DNA of 58,036 nt, from contig JAHBUM010000001.1 in the NCBI GenBank assembly GCA_019638075.1, positions 1-58,036 of the forward strand. Reading direction: 5' to 3'. This document shows, in pieces, positions 8,534 to 17,280 of the stretch (position 1 is its first letter; each line of letters begins with the position of its first letter). The DNA is from Flavobacteriales bacterium. GTDB lineage: Bacteria; Bacteroidota; Bacteroidia; Flavobacteriales_F; PHOS-HE28. The translations under genes were made by a program, and so were the position numbers. The notes under the pieces are model-generated. The model did not search any database. It was not told the origin of the DNA and was given only the letters and a program-made list of their open reading frames with translations.

Positions 8534-11164
8534 CTACTGACGGTCAAGGTAATTCTGTGTGAAGAAGGAGGTGTACCCTTCCACATCCTTGCTTTTGTAC
8601 AGTTGGGTGTAGTTGGCGGTGGTGATGGGGAAGGCCGGGTAGCCTTGGTCGTTGATGCCTGCAAGCTGCTCGCTGCCGCCGGTGAACAGGTTGTGGTACT
8701 GCATGGCCATGTCCTTGGTGGTGAAGCCGCTGATCAGTACCACTTGATGCTGCGGATCGAGGAAACTGCTGGTGATCTCCACGGGCGTGCTGGGGTAGTA
8801 CTGCTGGTTGAAGGCCGATATGCGGGTCTTCACGCTGTTCAGGTCGGAGCCTTCGTTGGGGATGATGAGGGCGAAGAAATGCGGTCCCGGATCGGTGGCG
8901 TACACCCCGGCGGCACCCTGCTTGGGCGGTGGTGGCGGGGCGCTGCCGGCCGTGCGGTCAAGTGCGGCCAGCATCTCGGTGGCGGCGCGCTCCTCATCGG
9001 TTCCGGCGAATTTGGTCTTCACCTCGTTCAGCGCCGCCCGGAACCCGGCATGGTCGCGCAGCCCGCCCAAGGCCAGTGCCCGCAGCAGGTGGTACTTGGG
9101 GAGGAAGTGATTGCGGGGCTCGTTCTCGATCACGCCGTCGCAGGAAACGATCACCGAGCTGTACATGTGCTGGCGGTACCGGTCATAGACCTCCTTGTAG
9201 GCCGTCTCCTCCTCCTTTCTGCGCGCATCGTCCGCTTGCAGGATATTGGGGTCCCGCACCAGGCGTGCGAACTCCGAATCGGGCCAGCGCTCCTGGATCA
9301 CTCCGGCGTAGTAGGCCGAGCCGAGGCCATCGGGCGCGAAATAGTTCGTGGTCTGTTCCTTCTCCAAGTAGATGCGATAGAGCTGGTAGAAGCTCTCGGG
9401 CGTGTAGCGGCATTCCTCGAAACGGCCGTTGAGCACCTCGAAGCTCTCGATCGCGTTGTCGGCGTCCTTCAGCTGCTCCTTGTAGATCATGCCGCTCGTG
9501 TACAGGGCGGCGCAGATGCGGGCGTTGGAGGCCTCCAGCGCTACGTCATCCTTGGGGATGTCCTTCGTGTGGAAGGCGGGATCCTTCCATTCGGCCTCCT
9601 TCTTCTCGGCAGCTTCCTTTTCCTCGGCCTCCTCCTTTTCCTCCGGCAGGTCGGCCAGCGCGCTTCCGCTCTTGTCCTTGCGCCGCCAGTCGTCCTCCAG
9701 CGGCCGGTTGCCCCATTTCTTGCGGAAGCTGGAAAGGCCGCGCCCGATCTGTTGCGGGTCGTAGAAGTACCAGGCACCCCGGGTCACGCCACCCGTTGGT
9801 GGCTGGGGTTTTCCCGCATCGGGGTTGGCCTCGGCGGCGGCGCGGGCCAGCTCCTCGGCCTGGAGTCGCTCCGCTTCGGCCTGCTCCCGCGCACGGATGA
9901 TGCCGCGGATCTTCTTGTCCAGGTCCTTCTCGTCGAGCTGGGCCAGCGCCTGTAGACTATCCTCCCGTTCGATGATGGCGAGCTGTTCCACCAGTTCGCC
10001 CAGCACCCTGGCCCGCGTGCTCACCTCGTCGTGCCGCACGTGTTCCTCGCTCAGGATGGTCTGCGTGGAATCGTAGTACCGCTGTGCGCTGGCGTAGATC
10101 CGGTCCTCGAAATAGAGGTCGGCCAGCTTCAGGAAGGTCTTGGCCTTCTGCCGCGTGTCCGTGGTGCTTACGCGGGCGCTGGTCATCAGGTGCGCGATCG
10201 CCGAGGAGTCCTTGCGTTCCTTCAGATCAAGGTCCGCCAAGGCATAGTGCAGCATGTCGAAGTGGTCGATGTGCTTGTCATCGCGCAGCATGCGGTTCAG
10301 CTTCTTGCGGATCTCCTTGCTGTTGCCTTTGCTGAAGGCCAGCGCCTGGAAGATCTGCGTGTGGAAGGCCATCTCGTAGGGCGGGCTCATCCGGGCCACG
10401 GCATCGAACTGCTTGATGGACTTCTCTTCCAGCCCTTTCATCTGGTAGAGCTGCGCCAGCACGAAGGCCCAGCGCACGCGCTCCTTCTTGGTGCGCGCAT
10501 TGGGTATGGCGGCCTCCAGATGCACGATGGCGTCATCCACCTTGCCGCGCTTCAGGGCCAATTCGGCCTTCACGGCTTCCAGTTCGCCGTGATCGAACCG
10601 CTTGGGCAGCACCTTCTGGTTGTCGATCTCGTCCAAGGCGCTCTGGGCCTTCCCGAACTGCTCCAGGAGGATGGCCGTGCGGGCCAGCCACACCAGGCTT
10701 TCGAGGTGGCGGTTCTCTCCTTTGAAACGGCGGCTCACGTAGGTGAACCCGCGTTCGGCCTCGTAGTGGTTCTTCTTGTAGAAGTTGCTCTTGGCGATCA
10801 CGAACCAGGCATCGTCGATCCATGTGTTGCGCTCCTTGCCGCCGATGTTCATCGAATGCCGCTCGATGACGACCGAGCACTTGTCGATGCACTTCTCCAG
10901 CTCGGGGATGGCCGTCTTCGCCTGCGCCTCGGTGCCGTAGATGAACAGCGGCAGCACCTCGTCGTAGTTGTCCACGTGGGCATCTTCCATGCCGGCCACC
11001 ACCTCTTTCAGCTTCTCGTTGGCGTTGAACCAGCCGTTGTCGCGGGTGGTGAGGCGGTGGAAGGTGCGGTTCAGGAAGGCATCCTTCTCCTGCGAGCAGC
11101 CCACGCCAAGGAGCACCACCAGCAGGAGTGCGCCGAACGATCGGAAGGGCCGGGGAAGTCGCAT
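8534..11164 (-). CDS. sprE: T9SS periplasmic TPR lipoprotein PorW/SprE
   Basis: 876 aa. Lipobox LLGVGC. N-terminus CSQEKDAFLNRTFHRLTTRDNGWFNANEKL resembles the SprE/PorW N-terminus. TPR-like helical repeats and an acidic/Lys-rich linker. Size matches SprE (about 870 aa). Confidence 0.7.
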   Translation of the reverse strand: MRLPRPFRSFGALLLVVLLGVGCSQEKDAFLNRTFHRLTTRDNGWFNANEKLKEVVAGMEDAHVDNYDEVLPLFIYGTEAQAKTAIPELEKCIDKCSVVIERHSMNIGGKERNTWIDDAWFVIAKSNFYKKNHYEAERGFTYVSRRFKGENRHLESLVWLARTAILLEQFGKAQSALDEIDNQKVLPKRFDHGELEAVKAELALKRGKVDDAIVHLEAAIPNARTKKERVRWAFVLAQLYQMKGLEEKSIKQFDAVARMSPPYEMAFHTQIFQALAFSKGNSKEIRKKLNRMLRDDKHIDHFDMLHYALADLDLKERKDSSAIAHLMTSARVSTTDTRQKAKTFLKLADLYFEDRIYASAQRYYDSTQTILSEEHVRHDEVSTRARVLGELVEQLAIIEREDSLQALAQLDEKDLDKKIRGIIRAREQAEAERLQAEELARAAAEANPDAGKPQPPTGGVTRGAWYFYDPQQIGRGLSSFRKKWGNRPLEDDWRRKDKSGSALADLPEEKEEAEEKEAAEKKEAEWKDPAFHTKDIPKDDVALEASNARICAALYTSGMIYKEQLKDADNAIESFEVLNGRFEECRYTPESFYQLYRIYLEKEQTTNYFAPDGLGSAYYAGVIQERWPDSEFARLVRDPNILQADDARRKEEETAYKEVYDRYRQHMYSSVIVSCDGVIENEPRNHFLPKYHLLRALALGGLRDHAGFRAALNEVKTKFAGTDEERAATEMLAALDRTAGSAPPPPPKQGAAGVYATDPGPHFFALIIPNEGSDLNSVKTRISAFNQQYYPSTPVEITSSFLDPQHQVVLISGFTTKDMAMQYHNLFTGGSEQLAGINDQGYPAFPITTANYTQLYKSKDVEGYTSFFTQNYLDRQ

Positions 11165-11233
11165 GGGAACGCCGCAGCAGGGATAACTACGAACGGGCGA
11201 AGATATTTCACGGTGAGGAACCGCGCGTGGCGG

Positions 11234-12028
11234 TCACGCCCCCGCCCCGCCCTGCCGGTCGCGAAGGGCGCGGAAGTTGCGGCCGATGCGGAGGTATTGC
11301 CCGATGGTGGGGGTGGTCCACTTGGTGCCAAGGCCCTGCGGGTGGGCGGCGGCCAAACGGGCGGGCAGGTCGTCCAGCACCTGGCGGAGTCCGGCGGCGC
11401 TGGCGTCCAGTACGGCTTTCATGGTATGGGCCACCGTGGCGCGCAGGGTGGGCTGGAAGATGATGGGCACCTCCTGCTGATGGACGATGGCCCCCGTGTC
11501 TATCCCCTTGTCGATCCGGTGGATGGTGTAGCCCGTCACCGCCGAGCCGTTGTAGAGCTGCCAGATCACGCCTTGGGCGTTCTGGTAGGCGGGCAGCAGT
11601 TCGTGGTGGATGTTGAGCATGCCCAGCCGGGGCGCTTGGAACACCCTGCTGCCGATGTAGCCGTTGCCCAGGCTGATGGCGATGTCGGCACCGGCCTCCT
11701 GCATGGCCCACACCGTGTGCGCGTGGTTCACCGCCGGGGTGGCCGTCAGCTCCACGCCCGCTTCCATGCACAACGCGGCCAGGTCCTTGATCCCCGCGAG
11801 GGCCTGCACATCGGTACCGTACCAGGGCCGCATCCGGTAGCCCACCCATGCGCCCAGCGGCCCTATGCGGAGGATCTTGTGCAGCTTCTTCTTCCAACGG
11901 CCCTTGGGCGCGGCGCCCCCCTGCGCAAGGATCACGCGCACCACCTGGAACCGTTCGCTGCCCAGCAGGAAGGGCAGGTGGTGGCTGGCCGTTCCGCAGG
12001 CTGAACTGGTGAGCAGCACCACCCTCAT
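11234..12028 (-). CDS. formyltransferase family protein
   Basis: 264 aa. N-terminal MRVVLLTS. Variant of the HxSLLPxxRG motif (NIHHELLPAYQNAQG) and a downstream IHRIDKGIDTGAIV Asp motif. Confidence 0.7.
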   Translation of the reverse strand: MRVVLLTSSACGTASHHLPFLLGSERFQVVRVILAQGGAAPKGRWKKKLHKILRIGPLGAWVGYRMRPWYGTDVQALAGIKDLAALCMEAGVELTATPAVNHAHTVWAMQEAGADIAISLGNGYIGSRVFQAPRLGMLNIHHELLPAYQNAQGVIWQLYNGSAVTGYTIHRIDKGIDTGAIVHQQEVPIIFQPTLRATVAHTMKAVLDASAAGLRQVLDDLPARLAAAHPQGLGTKWTTPTIGQYLRIGRNFRALRDRQGGAGA

Positions 12029-12900
12029 GCGGCGAGGTAGGGGTTGCCGCCGGCATCACCGCGCAGGGCGTTCGTGGCCAGGAAATACCTGGTGTGCGCC
12101 ATGGGCCAGTCCAGTATGATGTGGTCGCGGCGGATGAGCAGTTCGTTCGCAGGCACAGGGGCGCTGTTGCCGTGGCAGCCCCGCTCGGCGGTGGCACAGC
12201 TCAGGTGCCCGGCGGCCATCACCGCATGGTACCCGGCCGCCGTGAAGTCCGTGAAGCGTCCGTAGGGGAAGGCGAAGTGGTCCGCCCGGCCCACCCATTC
12301 GATCAAGGTGCTGCGCGTTCGTTCGATGTCCGCCACCAGCGCTTCGGGATCCAGCCGGTCCATGTGGTGGTGCTCCCAGGTGTGCGAGCCGATCTCGTGG
12401 CCCAGGTGTGCCAGTTCATCCAGCTCGGCCCGGTCCAGGAACCGCACGGGCGGCAGGCTGAAGCGTTCGGCGCAGATGCTGCGGATACGCTCCGGATCCT
12501 TCAGGCCGATCAGTGCCGGGTTGACGAAGAAGCAGGCGCTGATGCCCAGGCGGTGAAGCACGCGCGCGCCATCCAGGTTGTTGCGGAAGCCATCGTCGGA
12601 GCTCACGCAGAGGTACGGCCGGTCCATGGTGCCCTGCTGCACGCGCTGCACGGCCTCGCTGTATGGGATGAAGGTATGCGTGCGGGCCAGTTCCTCCACC
12701 AGGCGCTCCAGTGCCGCCAGCTCATCGGTGAAGGTGTGGTGGATGTAGAGGAACTGCACACGGGGCTGCGACAGGGCCCGCTCGGTGCGCCCCTGCATCC
12801 GCTGCGCGAGGGCCAGCACATCCAGTGCGGCATGGCGCGCACGCACGCGCAGGCCACCTTCGGTGCCTTTGATGTCGGCGTAGCGCTCCACGTACGTCAC
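12025..12900 (-). CDS. polysaccharide deacetylase (NodB/CE4) family protein
   Basis: SSDDGF...FFVNPALIG...GSHTWEHHHM motifs. ORF is open to 12993, but GTG 12900 is preferred because a TActTTCG -7-like box lies 4 nt upstream and the longer form overlaps the divergent M23 gene. 4-nt overlap with the formyltransferase gene. Confidence 0.7.
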   Translation of the reverse strand: MTYVERYADIKGTEGGLRVRARHAALDVLALAQRMQGRTERALSQPRVQFLYIHHTFTDELAALERLVEELARTHTFIPYSEAVQRVQQGTMDRPYLCVSSDDGFRNNLDGARVLHRLGISACFFVNPALIGLKDPERIRSICAERFSLPPVRFLDRAELDELAHLGHEIGSHTWEHHHMDRLDPEALVADIERTRSTLIEWVGRADHFAFPYGRFTDFTAAGYHAVMAAGHLSCATAERGCHGNSAPVPANELLIRRDHIILDWPMAHTRYFLATNALRGDAGGNPYLAA

Positions 12901-12904
12901 GGGC

Positions 12905-12912
12905 CGAAAGTA
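12905..12912 (-). promoter_or_regulatory. candidate -7 box TActTTCG, 4 nt from GTG 12900 (leaderless geometry)
   Basis: Read directly from sequence. One mismatch to TAnnTTTG. Confidence 0.3.
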
Positions 12913-12968
12913 GGGCGCACCGGAGGCACGATGGTGCCCGGCGCATGCGCATGCGGCCCCACAGCACC

Positions 12969-12976
12969 GATATTTG
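12969..12976 (+). promoter_or_regulatory. candidate -7 box GAtaTTTG, 4 nt from ATG 12981 (leaderless geometry)
   Basis: gatatttg cccg atg read directly from sequence. Confidence 0.35.
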
Positions 12977-12980
12977 CCCG

Positions 12981-13880
12981 ATGCCCACCGCACCAGCCAG
13001 CAAGGGGAGCGATAAGCGCGGCCGAAGGCGCAAGCTGCTCCGCAAGCTGCGCGACCGCTACCGCCTGCTGCTGATCAACGACAGCACCTTCGAGGAGCGG
13101 TTCACCATGCGGCTGAACCGGCTGAACGTGCTGCTGCTGGGCGCGGCGGCCTTCCTCGCGTACGGGGCCTTCGTCACGGCGGTCATCGTGTTCACGCCGC
13201 TCAAGCGGTACATCCCCGGCTACGCCGATCAGGAGACCAAGCGCAATGCCTACCGGAGCCTGCTGCTGGCCGATTCCTTGGAACAGCGGCTGCACGAGCG
13301 CGACCTGTACATCGCCAACCTGCGGAACGTGCTTCAGGGCCACGCCCCGGCCGATAGTGCCACGCTCTTCGCGCCGCTGGCGGAAAAGCCCTCGCCGGAG
13401 GATCTGGCACCGGGCGTGGCCGACAGCCTGTTGCGCCAGCGCGTGGCACGGGAGGAGGCCTTCAGTGTGAAGGAGGGCCGCGTGAGCAGCGACCGGCGCG
13501 AACTGGCCGGCGTCTTCTTCTTCCCGCCCCTGCGTGGCATCGTCACCAGCCGGTTCGAGCGGCAGAAGAGCCATTTCGGCATCGACATCGTGGCCAAGGC
13601 CGATGCAGCGGTGAAAGCCTGTCTGGCGGGGACCGTCACCCTCGCGAGCTGGACCACCGACGCGGGCCACGTGCTGCAGATCCAGCACGGCAACGATCTG
13701 GTGAGCGTGTACAAGCACAACAGCGTGCTGCTGAAGAAGGTGGGCGACAAGGTGAAGGCCGGGGAAGCCATCGCCATCGTGGGCAACAGCGGCGAACTCA
13801 CCAGCGGGCCGCACCTCCACTTCGAACTGTGGCTCAACGGCGAACCCGTGGATCCGCAGGCATACATGGTGTTCGAATGA
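12981..13880 (+). CDS. M23 family metallopeptidase
   Basis: KLRDRYRLLLINDSTFEE N-terminus, a TM helix, and the C-terminal LytM domain HFGIDIV...HVLQIQHGNDLVSVYKHN...GNSGELTSGPHLHFELW. ATG 12981 preferred; the ORF track starts at 12945. Confidence 0.88.
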   Translation: MPTAPASKGSDKRGRRRKLLRKLRDRYRLLLINDSTFEERFTMRLNRLNVLLLGAAAFLAYGAFVTAVIVFTPLKRYIPGYADQETKRNAYRSLLLADSLEQRLHERDLYIANLRNVLQGHAPADSATLFAPLAEKPSPEDLAPGVADSLLRQRVAREEAFSVKEGRVSSDRRELAGVFFFPPLRGIVTSRFERQKSHFGIDIVAKADAAVKACLAGTVTLASWTTDAGHVLQIQHGNDLVSVYKHNSVLLKKVGDKVKAGEAIAIVGNSGELTSGPHLHFELWLNGEPVDPQAYMVFE

Positions 13881-13892
13881 GTGTGAACTCAA

Positions 13893-13959
13893 GGGGCAGG
13901 GGCAGGAGCAGGGGCAATGATCCCGTCTTGCTCCTGCTCCTGCTCCTGCACCCCGCCCC
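13893..13959 (+). terminator. long hairpin (about 25 bp, GGGGCA-hexamer arms) after the M23 gene, abutting the GH3 start codon
   Basis: 13893-13917 pairs with 13928-13952. 19 Watson-Crick pairs, 2 G-U and 1 mismatch counted by hand. 10-nt loop. Confidence 0.55.
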
Positions 13960-15432
13960 ATGAGCCTCAAGTCCGCCATCGCCAAGCCGTACGCCAATGC
14001 CGTTACCAAGGCGGTGATGAAGCGCGCGCTGGATCCCGTTGCCACACAGGCGGCCGTGTTGAAGGAGCTGGTGCGGTTCGCGGGCGACACCAGCTTCGGG
14101 TTGGAGCACCGGTTGCATCAGGTCACCGATCATGCAGGTCTTGTGCAGGCCGTGCCGCTGCGCGATTACGAAGGCTTCAAGCCGTACATCGAGCGCATCC
14201 GCTTCGGTGAAGAGGATGTGCTGTGGCCCGGCAAGCCGCTCTACCTGTGCAAGACCAGCGGCACCACCAGCGGCGCCAAATACATCCCCATCACCAAGGA
14301 GAGCCTGCCCAACCACATCGGCAGCGCGCGGCGTGCATTGCTGGCCTACATCGCGCATAGCGGGAAGGCGGACTTCGTGGATGGGAAGATGATCTTCCTG
14401 CAAGGCAGCCCCGTGTTGGACCGCAGCACACACATCCCCAGCGGGCGCCTCAGCGGCATCGTGGCGAACCATGTGCCCGCCTACCTGCTCAGGAACCGCA
14501 TGCCCAGCTTCGCCACCAACAGCATCGCCGATTGGGAAACGAAGGTGGAGGCCATCGTGAGCGAGACGATGGCCTCCGACATGCGTCTGATCAGCGGCAT
14601 ACCGGCGTGGGTGCAGATGTATTTCGAGCGCCTGCTCTCGCGCACCGGCAAGGCCGATGTCAAGAGCGTGTTCCCCAATTTCTCGCTCTTCGTGTACGGC
14701 GGGGTGAACTATGCGCCCTACCGCAACCGCATGGAAGCGCTCATCGGCGGCAATGTGCCCAGTGTGGAACTGTTCCCGGCCAGCGAGGGCTTCATCGCCT
14801 ATCAGGACCGCAGCGCCGAAGAGGGCCTGCTGCTGGTGCTGGACAACGGCATCTACTTCGGCTTCGTGCCCATGCACGGCGATGACCGCCGCCCACGTTC
14901 CATCGCCGAGGTGGAACTGAATACGCAGTACGCGCTGGTGCTCTACACCAATGCCGGGCTGTGGGGCTACGAGATCGGCGATACGGTGAAGTTCGTTTCG
15001 CTGTCACCGCCGCGCATCGTGGTCACGGGGCGCACCAAACATTTCACCAGTGCGTTCGGCGAGCACGTGATCGCGGAGGAGGTGGAAGGAGCGTTGAAGG
15101 ATGCCATGGCTTCCGTGCCGTGCGAAGTGGCGGAGTTCACCGTGGCACCGCAGCTTTCGCCACGGGAAGGGCTTCCGTACCACGAGTGGCACATCGAATT
15201 CGCCGCGCCACCGGCCGATATGCCGCGTTTCGCCGCACTGATCGACGAGGCGTTGCAGCGGCGCAATGTCTATTACAAGGACCTGATCACCGGCAAGGTG
15301 CTACGGCCGCTGGTCATCCGTCCGCTCCAGCGCGGGGCGTTCGCCGCATGGATGAAAGCGCGCGGCATGAACGATGCGCAGAGCAAGGTACCGCGTCTGG
15401 CGAACGATCGGCGCTACGTGGACGGGCTTTGA
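13960..15432 (+). CDS. GH3 (auxin-responsive promoter) family acyl-adenylate-forming enzyme
   Basis: 490 aa. ...LCKTSGTTSGAKYIPIT... AMP-binding-like motif. Length and N-terminus are typical of Bacteroidota GH3-family proteins. Confidence 0.75.
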   Translation: MSLKSAIAKPYANAVTKAVMKRALDPVATQAAVLKELVRFAGDTSFGLEHRLHQVTDHAGLVQAVPLRDYEGFKPYIERIRFGEEDVLWPGKPLYLCKTSGTTSGAKYIPITKESLPNHIGSARRALLAYIAHSGKADFVDGKMIFLQGSPVLDRSTHIPSGRLSGIVANHVPAYLLRNRMPSFATNSIADWETKVEAIVSETMASDMRLISGIPAWVQMYFERLLSRTGKADVKSVFPNFSLFVYGGVNYAPYRNRMEALIGGNVPSVELFPASEGFIAYQDRSAEEGLLLVLDNGIYFGFVPMHGDDRRPRSIAEVELNTQYALVLYTNAGLWGYEIGDTVKFVSLSPPRIVVTGRTKHFTSAFGEHVIAEEVEGALKDAMASVPCEVAEFTVAPQLSPREGLPYHEWHIEFAAPPADMPRFAALIDEALQRRNVYYKDLITGKVLRPLVIRPLQRGAFAAWMKARGMNDAQSKVPRLANDRRYVDGL

Positions 15433-15615
15433 TCAGCCGATCACCTGCGCCTGCGGGTAACGCTTCTTCCAGAACTCGAGCGCCTTCAGGCTGGCAAGGG
15501 TGATCACCGTGCGGTGGTCCAACTGCACCTTGATCGCTTTCAGACCTTCCTTGATCGGCTGCGTGAGGATGATCTTCTTCTTTGCACGTGGCATGGCCGT
15601 TAGGTATTGGTTCAT
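15433..15615 (-). CDS. small hypothetical protein (60 aa, Lys-rich)
   Basis: ORF only. Protein-like composition (MPRAKKKIILTQPIKEGLKAIKVQLDHRTVITLASLKALEFWKKRYPQ). Abuts the GH3 stop codon in convergent orientation. Confidence 0.4.
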   Translation of the reverse strand: MNQYLTAMPRAKKKIILTQPIKEGLKAIKVQLDHRTVITLASLKALEFWKKRYPQAQVIG

Positions 15616-15735
15616 TGGTATGACGCACAGAACCGTGCCGAAGGTGCGCGTGGCAGGTTAAGAAGTGTGAAAAGGGCGGGAGCGGGGCGTACGCTGCCTG
15701 TTCGTGGGGAACAGGTTCCACATGCACTGCTGTGC

Positions 15736-15743
15736 GACCTTTG
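15736..15743 (+). promoter_or_regulatory. candidate -7 box GAccTTTG, 4 nt from ATG 15748 (leaderless geometry)
   Basis: gacctttg cggc atg read directly from sequence. Confidence 0.35.
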
Positions 15744-15747
15744 CGGC

Positions 15748-16737
15748 ATGCCCGCCCGCACCGGCACCGACCTTGCAACCGCCGCCGCCTTGTTGCGCAA
15801 CGGCGAATTGGTGGCCATCCCCACCGAAACGGTGTACGGCCTTGCGGCCAACGCCTTCGACGAGGCCGCCGTGCTGAAGATCTTCCAAGCCAAGGAGCGC
15901 CCGGCCTTCGATCCGCTGATCGTACACATCGGCCGGAAAGACGCCGTACACGCCATCGCGCGCGAACTGCCGCCCGGTGCCGAAGCGCTGATGGACGCTT
16001 TCTGGCCGGGGCCGCTCACCTTGGTGCTGCCGAAGCAAGCAGCGGTCCCCGACATCGTCACCAGCGGTCTGGACACCGTGGGCGTGCGCATGCCCGCGCA
16101 TCCGCTCACCCGCGAACTGCTCGGGCAAATAGAATTCCCTTTGGCCGCACCCAGTGCCAACCCTTTCGGCTATGTGAGCCCCACCACCGCGCAACACGTG
16201 GCCGACCAGCTCGGCGAACACATCCCGTACATCCTCGATGGCGGGCCATGCACGGTGGGCGTGGAAAGCACGATCATCGGGTGGGACGCAGGGGCGGACG
16301 ATCGCTCGACCGCTATGGGCCGCCCCGGCAGATGGTGCCTGTACCGCGCGGGCGGGATCCCGTTAGAAGCCATCGAGTCGGTCATCGGTACCGTGGGATC
16401 CGCCGTAAAGCCGGTGATCCCGGTGGCGCCCGGCATGCTCGACAGCCACTACGCGCCGCGCAAGCCGGTGTTCGTGGGTGATGTGAACGCGCTTCTGCCT
16501 GCGCATGCGGGCAAGCGGGTGGCCGTGATCAGTTTCAGTACAGCCTATGCCGCGCATCAGAACGAGGTGCTTTCCCCGAAAGGCGATCTGGCCGAAGCCG
16601 CGCGCCGCTTATTCGCTGTGCTGCGCGAACTGGATGCCAGCGACGCCGATGTGATCCTCGCGGAGCGCTTTCCTGACGAAGGCTTGGGCCGCGCGATCAA
16701 CGACCGGTTGCGACGGGCGGCCGCAGGGCGGGGGTGA
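15748..16737 (+). CDS. tsaC: L-threonylcarbamoyladenylate synthase (YrdC domain plus Sua5 C-terminal domain)
   Basis: LLRNGELVAIPTETVYGLAANA...KERPAFDPLIVHI...GPLTLVLP...VGVRMPAHP...PSANPFG. Internal ATG 15748 chosen over ORF-track start 15607. Confidence 0.9.
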   Translation: MPARTGTDLATAAALLRNGELVAIPTETVYGLAANAFDEAAVLKIFQAKERPAFDPLIVHIGRKDAVHAIARELPPGAEALMDAFWPGPLTLVLPKQAAVPDIVTSGLDTVGVRMPAHPLTRELLGQIEFPLAAPSANPFGYVSPTTAQHVADQLGEHIPYILDGGPCTVGVESTIIGWDAGADDRSTAMGRPGRWCLYRAGGIPLEAIESVIGTVGSAVKPVIPVAPGMLDSHYAPRKPVFVGDVNALLPAHAGKRVAVISFSTAYAAHQNEVLSPKGDLAEAARRLFAVLRELDASDADVILAERFPDEGLGRAINDRLRRAAAGRG

Positions 16738-16743
16738 ACACGA

Positions 16744-17004
16744 TCACCGGTACACCTCCTTCCGGTCGCCCACTTCACGCACCTCAACGATGCGTACGTC
16801 ATCATTGATGGCATAGATGATCCGGTAGTTACCCACGCGGATACGCCAAAGGATGGAGCGGCTGCCTTTGAGCTTCTTGCATCCGGAAGGACGGGGTTCA
16901 TCGCCCAACGCGCGTATGGCCTGCACGATGCGCGGCACCATGCGTACAGGTAACGCATCAATGTCCTTTTCCGCGTCGCGGGCGATGTGTACCCGATAGC
17001 TCAC
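16744..17004 (-). CDS. type II toxin, RelE/ParE family
   Basis: 86 aa. ...LKGSRSILWRIRVGNYRIIYAINDDVRIVEVREVGDRKEVYR is the classic RelE/ParE C-terminus. 4-nt overlap with the upstream small gene. Confidence 0.85.
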   Translation of the reverse strand: MSYRVHIARDAEKDIDALPVRMVPRIVQAIRALGDEPRPSGCKKLKGSRSILWRIRVGNYRIIYAINDDVRIVEVREVGDRKEVYR

Positions 17005-17207
17005 AACTTGCCCTTCTTCCGCAGCTTCTTCTCAAGCGCTTCCAACGTGATGGTCGGTTGACCGGCGCGCTGCTCGGCGATGAGCGCGTCGATCATATCC
17101 TCCACTTCTTCGCGCTTCTTGTCCAGCACGGCCACATCGATCTGGAGGAACCGTTTGTCGTTGACTTCGTCGTGAAGAATGGTCACGCCTTTCATGGCTC
17201 TGGGCAT
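17001..17207 (-). CDS. cognate antitoxin (family not recognised)
   Basis: 68 aa, acidic/Lys-rich, immediately upstream of and overlapping the RelE/ParE toxin. Confidence 0.6.
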   Translation of the reverse strand: MPRAMKGVTILHDEVNDKRFLQIDVAVLDKKREEVEDMIDALIAEQRAGQPTITLEALEKKLRKKGKL

Positions 17208-17280
17208 CAGTGAGGCGAAGATACCGCAATTCGGGTCATCGTGTTTTCCGTATCAACGACCGGTTGCGCAGGCGATATCC

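Noticed and set aside
10031-12197. 657-aa plus-strand ORF and 329-aa minus-strand ORF overlapping sprE and the formyltransferase
   Set aside because: They are antisense or alternative frames of well-supported genes, with non-protein-like composition.
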